The position numbers and the translations under genes were made by a program. Shown here piece by piece: positions 27,491 to 38,534 of a DNA stretch of 42,364 bases. The notes beneath the pieces are model-generated. The model saw only the letters and a program-made list of their open reading frames with translations. It was not told where the DNA came from and did not search any database. Position 1 is the first letter of the stretch, and each line of letters starts with the position of its first letter. Source of the DNA: a bacterium (GTDB lineage: Bacteria > Actinomycetota > Acidimicrobiia > Acidimicrobiales > CATQHL01); NCBI GenBank assembly GCA_026713745.1, contig JAPONU010000155.1, positions 1 to 42,364 on the forward strand, in the 5' to 3' direction.

Positions 27491-29007
27491 GAACGCGCCC
27501 TGCGACCGTTGGATCGCTCGGCCGCCAGCAGGCGGCGCATCCCCGTCACGGCCCCTCCTGCCACCACGACCAGCGGGAAGAAGGCCAGCCTCCCCAGCGC
27601 CATGAGCACCGCCAGAACGCTCCGCTCGACGCCGCCCAGTGCACCCAGGTCGGCGCCGGGTGCGGGACCCATCGTGGCCAGCGCGCTGATGGCGGCGCCG
27701 GCGGCGGCCCAGAGATCCATGCCGGCGAGGCTCAGGCCGAATATCCCGGCCAGGACGGCCACCGCGAACAGGATCTGGAAGCCGTTCAGCAGGGCCAGCG
27801 GCCTCTCGCCCACCGAACGCCGGCCGATCTTCACCACGTGCACCGTGTGGGGGTGGATCTCGGTGACCAGTTCCCGGTAGGCGTAGCGGGCCGCGGCGAT
27901 GGCGCGGCGCATCTGGAAGCCGCCGCCGGCGGTGCCGGCCATCCCGCCGGTGGCAATCAGCGCCACCAGCAGCGTCTGCGCGCCCCAGGACCAACCGGAC
28001 CAGCCGGCGGGCTCGAAGCCGGTGCTGCTCGACGCGGCGGTCACGGTGACGGCGGCCCGCCGCAGCGCCCCCGGGTCGCCGTCACTCCAGGTCAGCGCGG
28101 TGACCACCGCGGTCCCCACCGCCAGCACCAGCAGGTAGGCGCGGAGTTCGAAGGAGCGCCACAACACCCCCCAGCGGCCCCGCACCGCCCACCAGAGCGT
28201 CACCACGCTCACACCGGCGAGCGCCATGAAGACCGTGGCCACCGATTCGATGGCCGTCGAATCGAAGTACCCCAGGCCGCCGGGATGGTTGCCGAAGCCC
28301 CCCGTGGACACGGTCGTGAAGGCGTAGCCGAAGGCATCGAGCGAACCCATGCCGGCAATGGCGTAGGCGGCCGCACAGAGCCCTCCGACAATGCAGTAGA
28401 CGATGGCGATCCGGCGAAGTTGTGTCCCGAACGGCGGGGCCGAGGCACGGTCGGGCAGACCGGCGTTGTCGCCGGGCAGGACGAGCGCCGAAACGTGAAG
28501 AGGAAGCGCCGCAGCCAGCAAAGCCAGGGCCGCGAATCCGCCGAGCCACTGCGTCAGCGCTCGCCAGAAGAGCACCGCGACCGGCAGTGACTCGAGTTCG
28601 GACAGGACGCTGATGTTGGTCGTGGCGAACCCGGCGACCGACTCGAAGATGGCGTCGGGCAGCGATCCCGTCGCACCGGTCAGCAGGTACGCCACCGTCG
28701 AGAGCGCGATCATCATGAACCAGGCGCTGCAGGCGGCGGTGAAAATTGCCATGGGCGGCGGGCGAGACGGGACGCGCGCCCGTCGCACGCAGAACCCGGC
28801 GGCGGCACCGCAGCCGACACCCAACCCGACCAGCGCCGCTGCGGGGGCCCGCTCCGCCAACCCGACCAGCCCGGACAGCACCAGTCCGCCGCCGCAGGCG
28901 ACGGTCGCCCATCCCGAGGCCCAGAGCGCCAGGTCGGTGCTCGCTCGGGAGGGAGTCCGCTTGGCGGTGGAGCCGCGTCTCGCCGGCGGGTCCGCCGCGG
29001 CTCTCAC
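27487..29007 (-). CDS. TrkH-family protein (paralogue 2, divergent)
   Basis: Same architecture, with segments FATTNISVL, TVSTGGFGNH, ASSSTGFEP, MAGTAGGGFQMRR. GTG start overlaps the trkA stop (GTGA). Confidence 0.85.
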   Translation of the reverse strand: MRAAADPPARRGSTAKRTPSRASTDLALWASGWATVACGGGLVLSGLVGLAERAPAAALVGLGVGCGAAAGFCVRRARVPSRPPPMAIFTAACSAWFMMIALSTVAYLLTGATGSLPDAIFESVAGFATTNISVLSELESLPVAVLFWRALTQWLGGFAALALLAAALPLHVSALVLPGDNAGLPDRASAPPFGTQLRRIAIVYCIVGGLCAAAYAIAGMGSLDAFGYAFTTVSTGGFGNHPGGLGYFDSTAIESVATVFMALAGVSVVTLWWAVRGRWGVLWRSFELRAYLLVLAVGTAVVTALTWSDGDPGALRRAAVTVTAASSSTGFEPAGWSGWSWGAQTLLVALIATGGMAGTAGGGFQMRRAIAAARYAYRELVTEIHPHTVHVVKIGRRSVGERPLALLNGFQILFAVAVLAGIFGLSLAGMDLWAAAGAAISALATMGPAPGADLGALGGVERSVLAVLMALGRLAFFPLVVVAGGAVTGMRRLLAAERSNGRRARS

Positions 29008-30344
29008 TCGAAAGTTTTCCGGGCTGCGGCGACCGCTTTGGGACGGGCGAAGACCACGAGGTGATCCTGTTCGGCCAGGACCGTGTGACCTCGGCCGATC
29101 ATCGAGGTTCCGTCGCGGACCACCGCCGCGATGAGGACGTCCTTGGGCAGGTGGAGGTCGCTGATCCGCTGGCCGTGCACACCGCTGCCGTCGGCGACCG
29201 TCAGCTCCAGGACCTCGACGTCCATGTCCAGGTAGGTGGCCACCTGGACGCCCCCGCGGATGATCCGCATCACGCCGTTGGCGCAGGCGGTGCGCGGCGA
29301 CAGGGCGCCGTCGATGCCGAGCGTGCGCAGCAGCGGCAGGAACTCGAGGCGGTGCAGCAGGGCGATCGTCTCGGGCACTCCCATCGACTTGGCGTACAGG
29401 CAGGCCAGGATGTTGTCCTCGTCGTTGCCGGTGACCGCGATCACGGCATCGTGGTCACCGACCCGTTCCTGCTCGAGCAACTCGGCGTCGGTGATGTCGC
29501 CCTCGAGGATGAGCACGTCGTCGAGTGCTTCGGCGAGCTTGCGGGCACGTTCGGGGTCCCGCTCCACGAGGCACACCTCCGAGTGCATCTCCACGAGCCG
29601 TCTCGCCACCATCTCGCCGGTGCGGCCACCGCCGAGGAGCATCACCCGGTGGGCACGGGCGTCGGCCAGCCCGAGCAGGCGCCGGAGCTCGTTGGAGGAC
29701 GTTCCCAGATCCACGATCCGGACGAGGTCGCCGGGCTGGAGCACCATGTCCCGGCGCGGGATCACCGTGCGGTCACCCCGGGATACGGCCCCGATGAGGA
29801 ACTCCCAGTCGGATCCGTAGGGGGCGAAGCTGTCCGAGAGGGGCCGGCCCGCCAGCGGTGAGTCGGGGCGCAGGACGGTGCCGATGACGGTGACACGGTC
29901 GTCGGCGAGCATGTTTATCTCGCTGGCGCCCGGGTAGTCGAGGAGGTGGAGGATCTCCACCGCGGTCTCCTCGTCGGGATCGATGACCTCGTCGGCTCCT
30001 GCCGCCCGCACCAGTTCGGCCGCTCCCGGCGCCCGCAGGGCGGCGGCCTCGATGCGGGCGATCCTCCGCGGCACACCCGCCTGGCGTGCCAGCATGCACG
30101 CCACGAGGTTGGCCTCGTCGTCGGTGGTGACGGCCACGAGCAGGTCGGCGTCACCGATGCCGGCGGCAGCCATGACGTCGGGGTGGCTGCCGCTGCCGCT
30201 GACCACGAGGGCATCGATGTGCTGCTCCACGTGCCGGGCGCGCTCGGGATCCTGCTCGACGACGACCACGTGGTGGTTCTCCCTGGTGAGCCGGGCGGCG
30301 AGGTAGGAACCCACCTCGCCGGCGCCCACGATGACGACCTTCAT
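29004..30344 (-). CDS. trkA: Trk system potassium uptake protein TrkA (tandem RCK domains)
   Basis: Two Rossmann motifs (VIVGAGEVGS and LLGGGRTGE), each followed by an RCK_C-like segment. 446 aa. Confidence 0.95.
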   Translation of the reverse strand: MKVVIVGAGEVGSYLAARLTRENHHVVVVEQDPERARHVEQHIDALVVSGSGSHPDVMAAAGIGDADLLVAVTTDDEANLVACMLARQAGVPRRIARIEAAALRAPGAAELVRAAGADEVIDPDEETAVEILHLLDYPGASEINMLADDRVTVIGTVLRPDSPLAGRPLSDSFAPYGSDWEFLIGAVSRGDRTVIPRRDMVLQPGDLVRIVDLGTSSNELRRLLGLADARAHRVMLLGGGRTGEMVARRLVEMHSEVCLVERDPERARKLAEALDDVLILEGDITDAELLEQERVGDHDAVIAVTGNDEDNILACLYAKSMGVPETIALLHRLEFLPLLRTLGIDGALSPRTACANGVMRIIRGGVQVATYLDMDVEVLELTVADGSGVHGQRISDLHLPKDVLIAAVVRDGTSMIGRGHTVLAEQDHLVVFARPKAVAAARKTFE

Positions 30345-30426
30345 CGCCCTCTCCTCCCGCGGGTGCCGCCGGCGGCAGCCCGATCCGGCGGCTCGGCCCC
30401 TGTCTCCGGCGCCTCGCGGCCCGGAG

Positions 30427-31032
30427 TCAGTTCCATGGCGCTGCGGGGTGCCGGAAGCGGCGCACGCCCGCCGGCGAGACGAAGACGTCCACCGCCACGT
30501 CCTGGGGCCTGCGGCGCAACTCGGGGTCCCACTGGCAGACGTGGCCCACGCCCGCGAGCAGTGGCCCGCCGGGGGGAAGGGGCGCTCCGGGGGCCAGGCG
30601 GTAGGCCAGGGCCCGGTCGTAGTAGCCGCGGCCGCGGCCGGCGCGGGCGCCGCCGGGGCCGAAGAGCACGCCCGGAAGCAGGATGACGTCGTGGCCGAGC
30701 ACGTCGACCGGCTCGGGGCTCGGCGGCACGGGGATCCCGAAACGTCCCGTCACCAGGTCGGCGTCGCGGTCCCAGCGCACGAGGATCAACTCGCCGGTCT
30801 CGTCGATTGCCGGCACGGTGACGGTGGCGCCGTCGGCCCACAGGCGCGCCACAACGGGCCAGAGGCTGATCTCACCGTCGTCGGCGATGAAGGCGGCGAC
30901 GGTGCGGGCGGTCTGCATCTCGGGAAGTCCCCAGAGATGCGCCGCCAAGTCGGTGCTTGCCAGCGCCTGCACGTCGCCGGGAAGGCCGCGTCGCCGACGT
31001 CGCGCTCTCGCCTGTCGTGTGGACACCTCCAC
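30427..31032 (-). CDS. 5-formyltetrahydrofolate cyclo-ligase
   Basis: GFGIPVP-like FGIPVP and the GRGRGYYDR motif, with family-typical length. The start may be a few codons downstream. Confidence 0.85.
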   Translation of the reverse strand: MEVSTRQARARRRRRGLPGDVQALASTDLAAHLWGLPEMQTARTVAAFIADDGEISLWPVVARLWADGATVTVPAIDETGELILVRWDRDADLVTGRFGIPVPPSPEPVDVLGHDVILLPGVLFGPGGARAGRGRGYYDRALAYRLAPGAPLPPGGPLLAGVGHVCQWDPELRRRPQDVAVDVFVSPAGVRRFRHPAAPWN

Positions 31033-31182
31033 TGATCGAACTCTAGCGAGGTGACGGCGTCGGGATGATTCAAGCTCGCCGCGCGGCCCGAGGGCGGCGC
31101 ATCGAGCGTTGCGAAGCCGCCGGGCGGCGGAGGTCGGCTGCTAGCTTGCGGAGGACTTTTCGGAACCGAGGAGGTCATAGGA

Positions 31183-33276
<2,094 letters not shown>

Positions 33277-33294
33277 GCCGGGTGCCGCGAGCCG

Positions 33295-33894
33295 GTGGAC
33301 CTCACCGAAGCTCTCGCGGCACTGCAGTTGACGCCCGGCGCCACCTGGCCGCAGGTGCGGGCCCGTTACCGGAGCCTGCTGCGGGCGAACCATCCGGACC
33401 TCACCGATGACCCCGGCGCGGCCGAGCGCACGGCGCGCCTGACCGCCGCCTACGCCGCTCTGCAGAAGGCGACAGGCAACGGCCGCCGACCGCTGCGGTC
33501 CCCGGCGGTCGCCGGCGGCCCATCGGGCGCTCCCGCCGCCCGGACAGCGCGCCGCAGTGGCCCGGAGCCGGCGAGCGGCCGCACCGGCCCGGGGCGCGCC
33601 ACCACCGAGGGACCTGGCACGACCGGCGCGGTCGTCGGCCGGCGTTCACCCACCGACGTGTTCGGGAGGCTCCGAGCGGCCGCTCCGGCGGTCGGCAACC
33701 TGAGTGGCGTCGATCCCGAGACGCTCACCCTGCAGATCCTCGTGGAGGTGCCCGGAGCCGCGCCGGCGCAACTTCTCGCCGAGGTCTCCCGGCGGGGTGC
33801 CGACACCGCCATCATGTTCACACTCGAGAGCCTCACGTCGGCGCCGGGGCCGCCGATCGAGGCAATAGTGAAGCGGTTGCTCGCCGCCCTCTGA
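33295..33894 (+). CDS. J-domain (DnaJ-like) protein with uncharacterised C-terminal domain
   Basis: N-terminal J-domain pattern ALQLTPGATWPQVRARYRSLLRANHPDL...AAYAAL with the HPD tripeptide, then a low-complexity linker and an ~80-aa C-terminal domain. Starts 18 nt after hppA. Confidence 0.72.
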   Translation: MDLTEALAALQLTPGATWPQVRARYRSLLRANHPDLTDDPGAAERTARLTAAYAALQKATGNGRRPLRSPAVAGGPSGAPAARTARRSGPEPASGRTGPGRATTEGPGTTGAVVGRRSPTDVFGRLRAAAPAVGNLSGVDPETLTLQILVEVPGAAPAQLLAEVSRRGADTAIMFTLESLTSAPGPPIEAIVKRLLAAL

Positions 33895-33909
33895 GACCGA
33901 ATCCGCCGG

Positions 33910-34686
33910 CTAGTGCGGCTCGGTGCCACGACCGAAGGGGCCCGACGGCCATCCGAAGCAGTCCACCAGGAGCCGGTCCACCTGGTCGGCTCCGGCGACC
34001 CCGTCCGCCACGATGCGCCCGGCCTCGGCCTGCAACGCAGACCAGACGCGGTTCGTGACATACCCCCAGGACCCTGCTGCATCGGCGATGACAACCGGAT
34101 TCTTGCCGGCGCGCCGGGCGACCTGTACGACGATCTCGACAGCGGCCGGCGACGTGGCCGCACCGACCACGATCTCCGCGAGCTTGTTCAACGGCGGGGG
34201 CCGGCCCCAGTGCCATCCCACGAGCCGGCCGGGCCGTTGCAGCCCGTCTGTGAGAGCGGCCAGCGGCTCGCCTCCGGAGTCCACAGCCAGCACGGCGGCG
34301 GGCGGCAGGTGCGTCTCGAGGTCTCTGAGCAGCGGCGCCAGGGTCCCGGTCCGCCCCCGGTGGCTGACGACGGCCAGGTCCGCGTTGGCGCCGGCGGTGG
34401 CGGGATCGTCGCTGAACCGGAGGCGTTCGAGCGTTTCGAGCCGTTCGTCGCTGCTGATGCGGCCCGCATCGGCTGCGGCGAGCAGGCCGAACCGGCCACC
34501 GTCCACTTCCACCCGTGCGGCTTCGAGGCCGTCGCTGTGCCCGCAGAGGGTGGTGTGATAGCCGGCGACTGCGATGATCTGCGCGATGCCGGTGCAGGCC
34601 GGGCCGGTTCCCGCCACGACGACCGTCTCGGTGGGATATTGCGTCGGAGCCACCACGTCAACCGATGTTAGAGGCTGGCCTGGCAC
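33910..34686 (-). CDS. 3-hydroxyacyl-CoA dehydrogenase family protein (divergent)
   Basis: N-terminal Rossmann-like VVVAGTGPACTGIAQ, plus the central GWHW...P..NKLAEIV and C-terminal GYVTNR pattern seen in HADH/3-hydroxybutyryl-CoA dehydrogenases. Confidence 0.75.
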   Translation of the reverse strand: MPGQPLTSVDVVAPTQYPTETVVVAGTGPACTGIAQIIAVAGYHTTLCGHSDGLEAARVEVDGGRFGLLAAADAGRISSDERLETLERLRFSDDPATAGANADLAVVSHRGRTGTLAPLLRDLETHLPPAAVLAVDSGGEPLAALTDGLQRPGRLVGWHWGRPPPLNKLAEIVVGAATSPAAVEIVVQVARRAGKNPVVIADAAGSWGYVTNRVWSALQAEAGRIVADGVAGADQVDRLLVDCFGWPSGPFGRGTEPH

Positions 34687-34716
34687 CCACTGCCGGTGCG
34701 GCGCCGGGCCGGCGGT

Positions 34717-37143
34717 TCAGAAAGTGCCCGCAGCCCGGTCACGGGCCGCGTAACAGGCGTCGGCCATACGCGCCGGGATCGCCTCGCACAGAGCCGTCGC
34801 CATGGCAGTGCCATGGTCGTTGTAGACCGCGTTCAACGAGGCGCCGACGTAGCACTCCTCCTGGTACGCGGGGTCGCCGAGCGAGCAGAGGCGTACGATC
34901 CGGCTCACCTCCAGCAGCGAGGAGCCGCTGATGTCCCGGCCCATGCTGCGGTAGCAGTTGTCGACCATCTCCTCGGTGACGGTGTCGCAGATGGCGAACG
35001 CCTCGGCGAAATTCTCGTCCGCGTAACCCAGGTTGTAGAGAATCCAGGAGGTCTGCATGGCGAAGCACTCGTCAACGTAGTCGTCGCCGATGACGTTGCA
35101 CGGGTAGAGGAGATCGTCGGTGCGCAGATCGGTCCGGATGCCCTGCTGTGCCGAGACGACGTTCTCCATGATCGCTCCGCCTACACAGGAGCTGAGTTCC
35201 CACCGATCCGGCAGCGTCTCGCAGTACGGGATGGAGCCGAACAGGTCGCCGTCGGTGTTCAGCATCACCCCGTGACCGAGACCGTGCACGCAGTTGTAGT
35301 GGGTGAAGGAGTACTGCTCCTGCGCCGCGGTCGTGCAGATGTTCGGCATCTCGTCGAACAGCTCGGTGCCACCGAACTGCGAGATGGCGTACTCCACGAC
35401 GCCGTGGTAGTAGCCGGACCAGCAGGCGGAGCCCTCGTAGGTGAGAGCGATCCCCACGTCCCCGTAGTGCTCGGCGGCGTCGTTGCCCAAGTCGTGCACC
35501 ACCTGGTGGCAGTCCCGGGCGATGTGGTCGTCGCTCTCGGAGAGGGCGTCGATCTCCGCCACGGCCACGTCGGCCCCCTCGGTGCGCATCACCTCGGCGA
35601 AGTAGTCCCGGTAGCAGTTCGGCTTGCCGACTGTGCGGGTGCTGCAGTCCTCCACGCTCTCGGGCGGTGCGTCGGAAAGGAGCGCAAGCGGATCGACGGA
35701 GTCCGCCGCGGCGGCCCCGCCGACCGCCGCAACCTGCGATCCGTCGACTCGCTCACCGGAGCCGAAGACGGCAGGGTTCAGTCCGGCCAGCACGGCCGCC
35801 ACGACCAGTACCGACGCCAGGGCCCCGGCCTCCAATCGAAGCGAACGAACCGGAGTGGCGCCGGCTTCCCCTGCTCGCCGGCGCCGGGCCAGCAAGCCGA
35901 GACGGCGGTCGTGGTAGGTGCCGAGCGGCAGGATGACCGCTGCCAGCAGGGCCAGCTTGACGATCAGTGCGGTGGTGTAGCCCGAACCCGAGAGCAACTC
36001 AGAGCCGGCCAGTAGCCAGGTCGAGCGCGTCCCGGTCACCACGAGCACCGCGAAGGCGCCGGCGGCCACCGGACCGAAGCGACCGAAGAGTTCGCGCAGC
36101 GTCGCCGCCCGCTCGGCCGCCGGCCGGGCCCGCCACGGGCCCGAGCCACTGACCCAGCCGACGATCAGCAGGGGCCCGAGCCAGAGGGCCGCAGCGGTCA
36201 GGTGCAACGTGGAGATCCAGATCCCGAAGGGATCCTCCGAGAGCACGGCGGTATGCGAGGTGGCCGACCCCACCGCCACGAGGGCCATCACACCCAGGCC
36301 GGCCTGCAGCAGCGTCCAGCCCGATCGAACCCGGCTCAGGCGTGGGGCCCACAGCACGAGGGCGCCGGCACCCACCGCCGCCGCCAGGAGCGTGAGCCCC
36401 ATGCCGTCCAGGAGAGCCAGTTTCAGGTCTTCGCTCACCGATCCGGTGCTGTAGCCACGCGTGACGAGGGTGATGGTGGCCGCCGCGCGCACCAGGACGC
36501 CGATGTGCAGCACAACCGCACCGCGGACCAGCGCTCGCCGCGCGCGCCGGCTGAGGATCTCCTTCGCCGGCGATCCGGGCCCCGGCCGGAGACCCCAGGC
36601 CAGCACCAGCAGCGACCCTGCCACTGCGGCGAGGCCGAAGTACCACAGGTAGCGGGCCACTCCGGCGGCGATGCTCAGGGCGCGCTCGAGCGCCGGCGTC
36701 TCGCTGAAGCCGGCCCCCGCGAGGCTGTCGCCGTCCACGACGCCCACCCCGACCACGACTTCCCCGGCAACCCTGTGGCCGTCGGGCCCGACGGTGATCC
36801 ACGAGAGCCCGTAGACGCCGTCGTCGAGTGGGGGCAGGGCGAACTCGATGACCGCCTGATCGGCGCCGATCGGCGTGAGCAACACCGGCCCGGCAACGGT
36901 GGCCCCGTCGGCGGCGATCACGTCGAGCTGCACGGTGCGGGGGTCGACGGCCTCGGCGAAGACCAGTGTCAAACGCTCGGGCGCCTCGGCGGCAATGGAG
37001 CGGTCGTCGGGGATCGTCTCCAGCAACCTGGTGTGAGCCGCCGCAGGTGACGAAGCCGTGGCCAGAACCGTCGCCACCAGGACGGCCACGGCAAGACCGC
37101 CGCCTGCAAAACGGCGGGTGATCCGCCGGCGGGGCGGGGTCAT
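34717..37143 (-). CDS. CopC-CopD fusion copper-resistance/copper-handling membrane protein with ~314-aa Cys-repeat C-terminal domain
   Basis: Signal peptide, then AH-TRLLETIPDD (the CopC N-terminal His context) and the CopC fold segment to GPDGHRVAGE. Multi-TM CopD region follows, then a soluble tail with 16 Cys. ATG 37143 has GAGG 6 nt upstream; track start 37179 is the alternative. Confidence 0.88.
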   Translation of the reverse strand: MTPPRRRITRRFAGGGLAVAVLVATVLATASSPAAAHTRLLETIPDDRSIAAEAPERLTLVFAEAVDPRTVQLDVIAADGATVAGPVLLTPIGADQAVIEFALPPLDDGVYGLSWITVGPDGHRVAGEVVVGVGVVDGDSLAGAGFSETPALERALSIAAGVARYLWYFGLAAVAGSLLVLAWGLRPGPGSPAKEILSRRARRALVRGAVVLHIGVLVRAAATITLVTRGYSTGSVSEDLKLALLDGMGLTLLAAAVGAGALVLWAPRLSRVRSGWTLLQAGLGVMALVAVGSATSHTAVLSEDPFGIWISTLHLTAAALWLGPLLIVGWVSGSGPWRARPAAERAATLRELFGRFGPVAAGAFAVLVVTGTRSTWLLAGSELLSGSGYTTALIVKLALLAAVILPLGTYHDRRLGLLARRRRAGEAGATPVRSLRLEAGALASVLVVAAVLAGLNPAVFGSGERVDGSQVAAVGGAAAADSVDPLALLSDAPPESVEDCSTRTVGKPNCYRDYFAEVMRTEGADVAVAEIDALSESDDHIARDCHQVVHDLGNDAAEHYGDVGIALTYEGSACWSGYYHGVVEYAISQFGGTELFDEMPNICTTAAQEQYSFTHYNCVHGLGHGVMLNTDGDLFGSIPYCETLPDRWELSSCVGGAIMENVVSAQQGIRTDLRTDDLLYPCNVIGDDYVDECFAMQTSWILYNLGYADENFAEAFAICDTVTEEMVDNCYRSMGRDISGSSLLEVSRIVRLCSLGDPAYQEECYVGASLNAVYNDHGTAMATALCEAIPARMADACYAARDRAAGTF

Positions 37144-37244
37144 CAGGAGCCTCGACAACCCACTCACCCCCGAGAGCATATGCCCCGGCCAGGCCCGATC
37201 AGGTCCCCGTCCCTGGTGCCGAGGCCCCCGTAGGCTCGCTGGAC

Positions 37245-38534
37245 GTGAACACCCTTCCGCGTGCTCGCTCCGGCGCGCTTGCAGCCCTGAGACATCGGGA
37301 CTTCGCCTTGTTCTGGTCGGCGGCGCTGCTGTCGAACGCGGCCAACTGGATGCAGCAGTTCACCGTGCCGTTCATCATGTACGAGATGACCGCCTCCAAC
37401 ACCTGGGTGGGGGCGGCGGCGTTCACCTCACTGTTCCCCGCGGTGGGTCTGGCCCCGGTGGCCGGTGTGCTGGCGGACCGGTTCTCCCGCCAGCGGGTCA
37501 TGGTCATCACCCTGTGGGTGCACACGCTGGTCTGTGTGGCGTTCGCGGTCCTGTGGATGACCGGCGAACTGACCCCTTGGCGGATTCTGGGCCTCAACCT
37601 GCTCATCGGGATCGCGCTGGGGATTCAGGCATCCAGCTGGCAGGCCCTCGTCCCGCTGCTCGTGCCGGCCTCGAGCCTGCTCTCCGCCATCCGGCTGAAT
37701 TCGGCCCAGTTCACAGCCTCCCGGGCGATCGGACCACTGACGGGCGCCGCACTGCTGAGATTCGTCGGGGCCGGCTCGGTGTTCGTGACCAACGCCGCCA
37801 CCTACGCCCTGCTGATCGTGGTGCTGGTGGCTGTGCGCCCCCGCGAGGTGGTACCGCCGGTCCGCCAGCACCTGAGGGCCTTCCTGATGGCTGGGCTGGC
37901 CTTTGTGCGGCGGCGATCGGCGCTGGTGCAGGCGGTCACAACAGGATTCGCCATGGCCTACTTCGGCGGCGCCCTGCTGCACTTGGCGGCCGGCCTCGCC
38001 AGCGAGGACTTCAAGGTCGGCGAGACCGGGCTGGCGGGTTTGATCACAGCGGCAGGAGTGGGATCGGTTATCGGGTCGACCCTCATCATTGCCTACGGCG
38101 ACCGTTTCGATCGTTCGCGGGTGGCTCGCTGGGGCCTCGGCTTGTACGCCGCGGCCCCACTGCTGGCGGCTGCGACGACCAGCTATGCCGTCGGCCTCAC
38201 CGGCTACTTCGTGAGCGGTGTGGCGCATGTCTGCGTGGCGATCTCGATGAACGCCGCCATCCAGTCCCAGGTGACCGAGGAAATGCGCGGCCGGGCGATA
38301 TCCCTCTACATCATGGGTGTGTTCGCAGGTTGGCCGCTCGGCGCGCTCGTGGGTGGCTGGATCGGCGACCACGTGGGGTTGCGGCTGGTGTTCGCCATCA
38401 ACGGGCTGATGCTGGTGGGCTATCTCGTGGCCATCCACATCCGCTGGGACGGCCTGCGTTCGATCGACGCCAACCGGGACCTCGCCGACCAAGCCGCCGC
38501 TGATCAGCCCAGTCCGCCCGGCAGCACCGCGTAG
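37245..38534 (+). CDS. MFS transporter (EntS/MFS_3-like family)
   Basis: N-terminus LRHRDFALFWSAALLSNAANWMQ and the motif LADRFSRQRV, typical of the enterobactin-exporter-like MFS family. 12 TMS length. Confidence 0.9.
   Translation: MNTLPRARSGALAALRHRDFALFWSAALLSNAANWMQQFTVPFIMYEMTASNTWVGAAAFTSLFPAVGLAPVAGVLADRFSRQRVMVITLWVHTLVCVAFAVLWMTGELTPWRILGLNLLIGIALGIQASSWQALVPLLVPASSLLSAIRLNSAQFTASRAIGPLTGAALLRFVGAGSVFVTNAATYALLIVVLVAVRPREVVPPVRQHLRAFLMAGLAFVRRRSALVQAVTTGFAMAYFGGALLHLAAGLASEDFKVGETGLAGLITAAGVGSVIGSTLIIAYGDRFDRSRVARWGLGLYAAAPLLAAATTSYAVGLTGYFVSGVAHVCVAISMNAAIQSQVTEEMRGRAISLYIMGVFAGWPLGALVGGWIGDHVGLRLVFAINGLMLVGYLVAIHIRWDGLRSIDANRDLADQAAADQPSPPGSTA

Noticed and set aside
31033-31182. 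6S RNA, which in many bacteria lies directly upstream of the 5-formyl-THF cyclo-ligase gene (the ssrS-ygfA arrangement).
   Set aside because: The interval is only 150 bp and must also hold the hppA promoter and SD. I see one modest hairpin (GGCGGC...GCCGCC) but no long, bulged, 180-nt-scale duplex.
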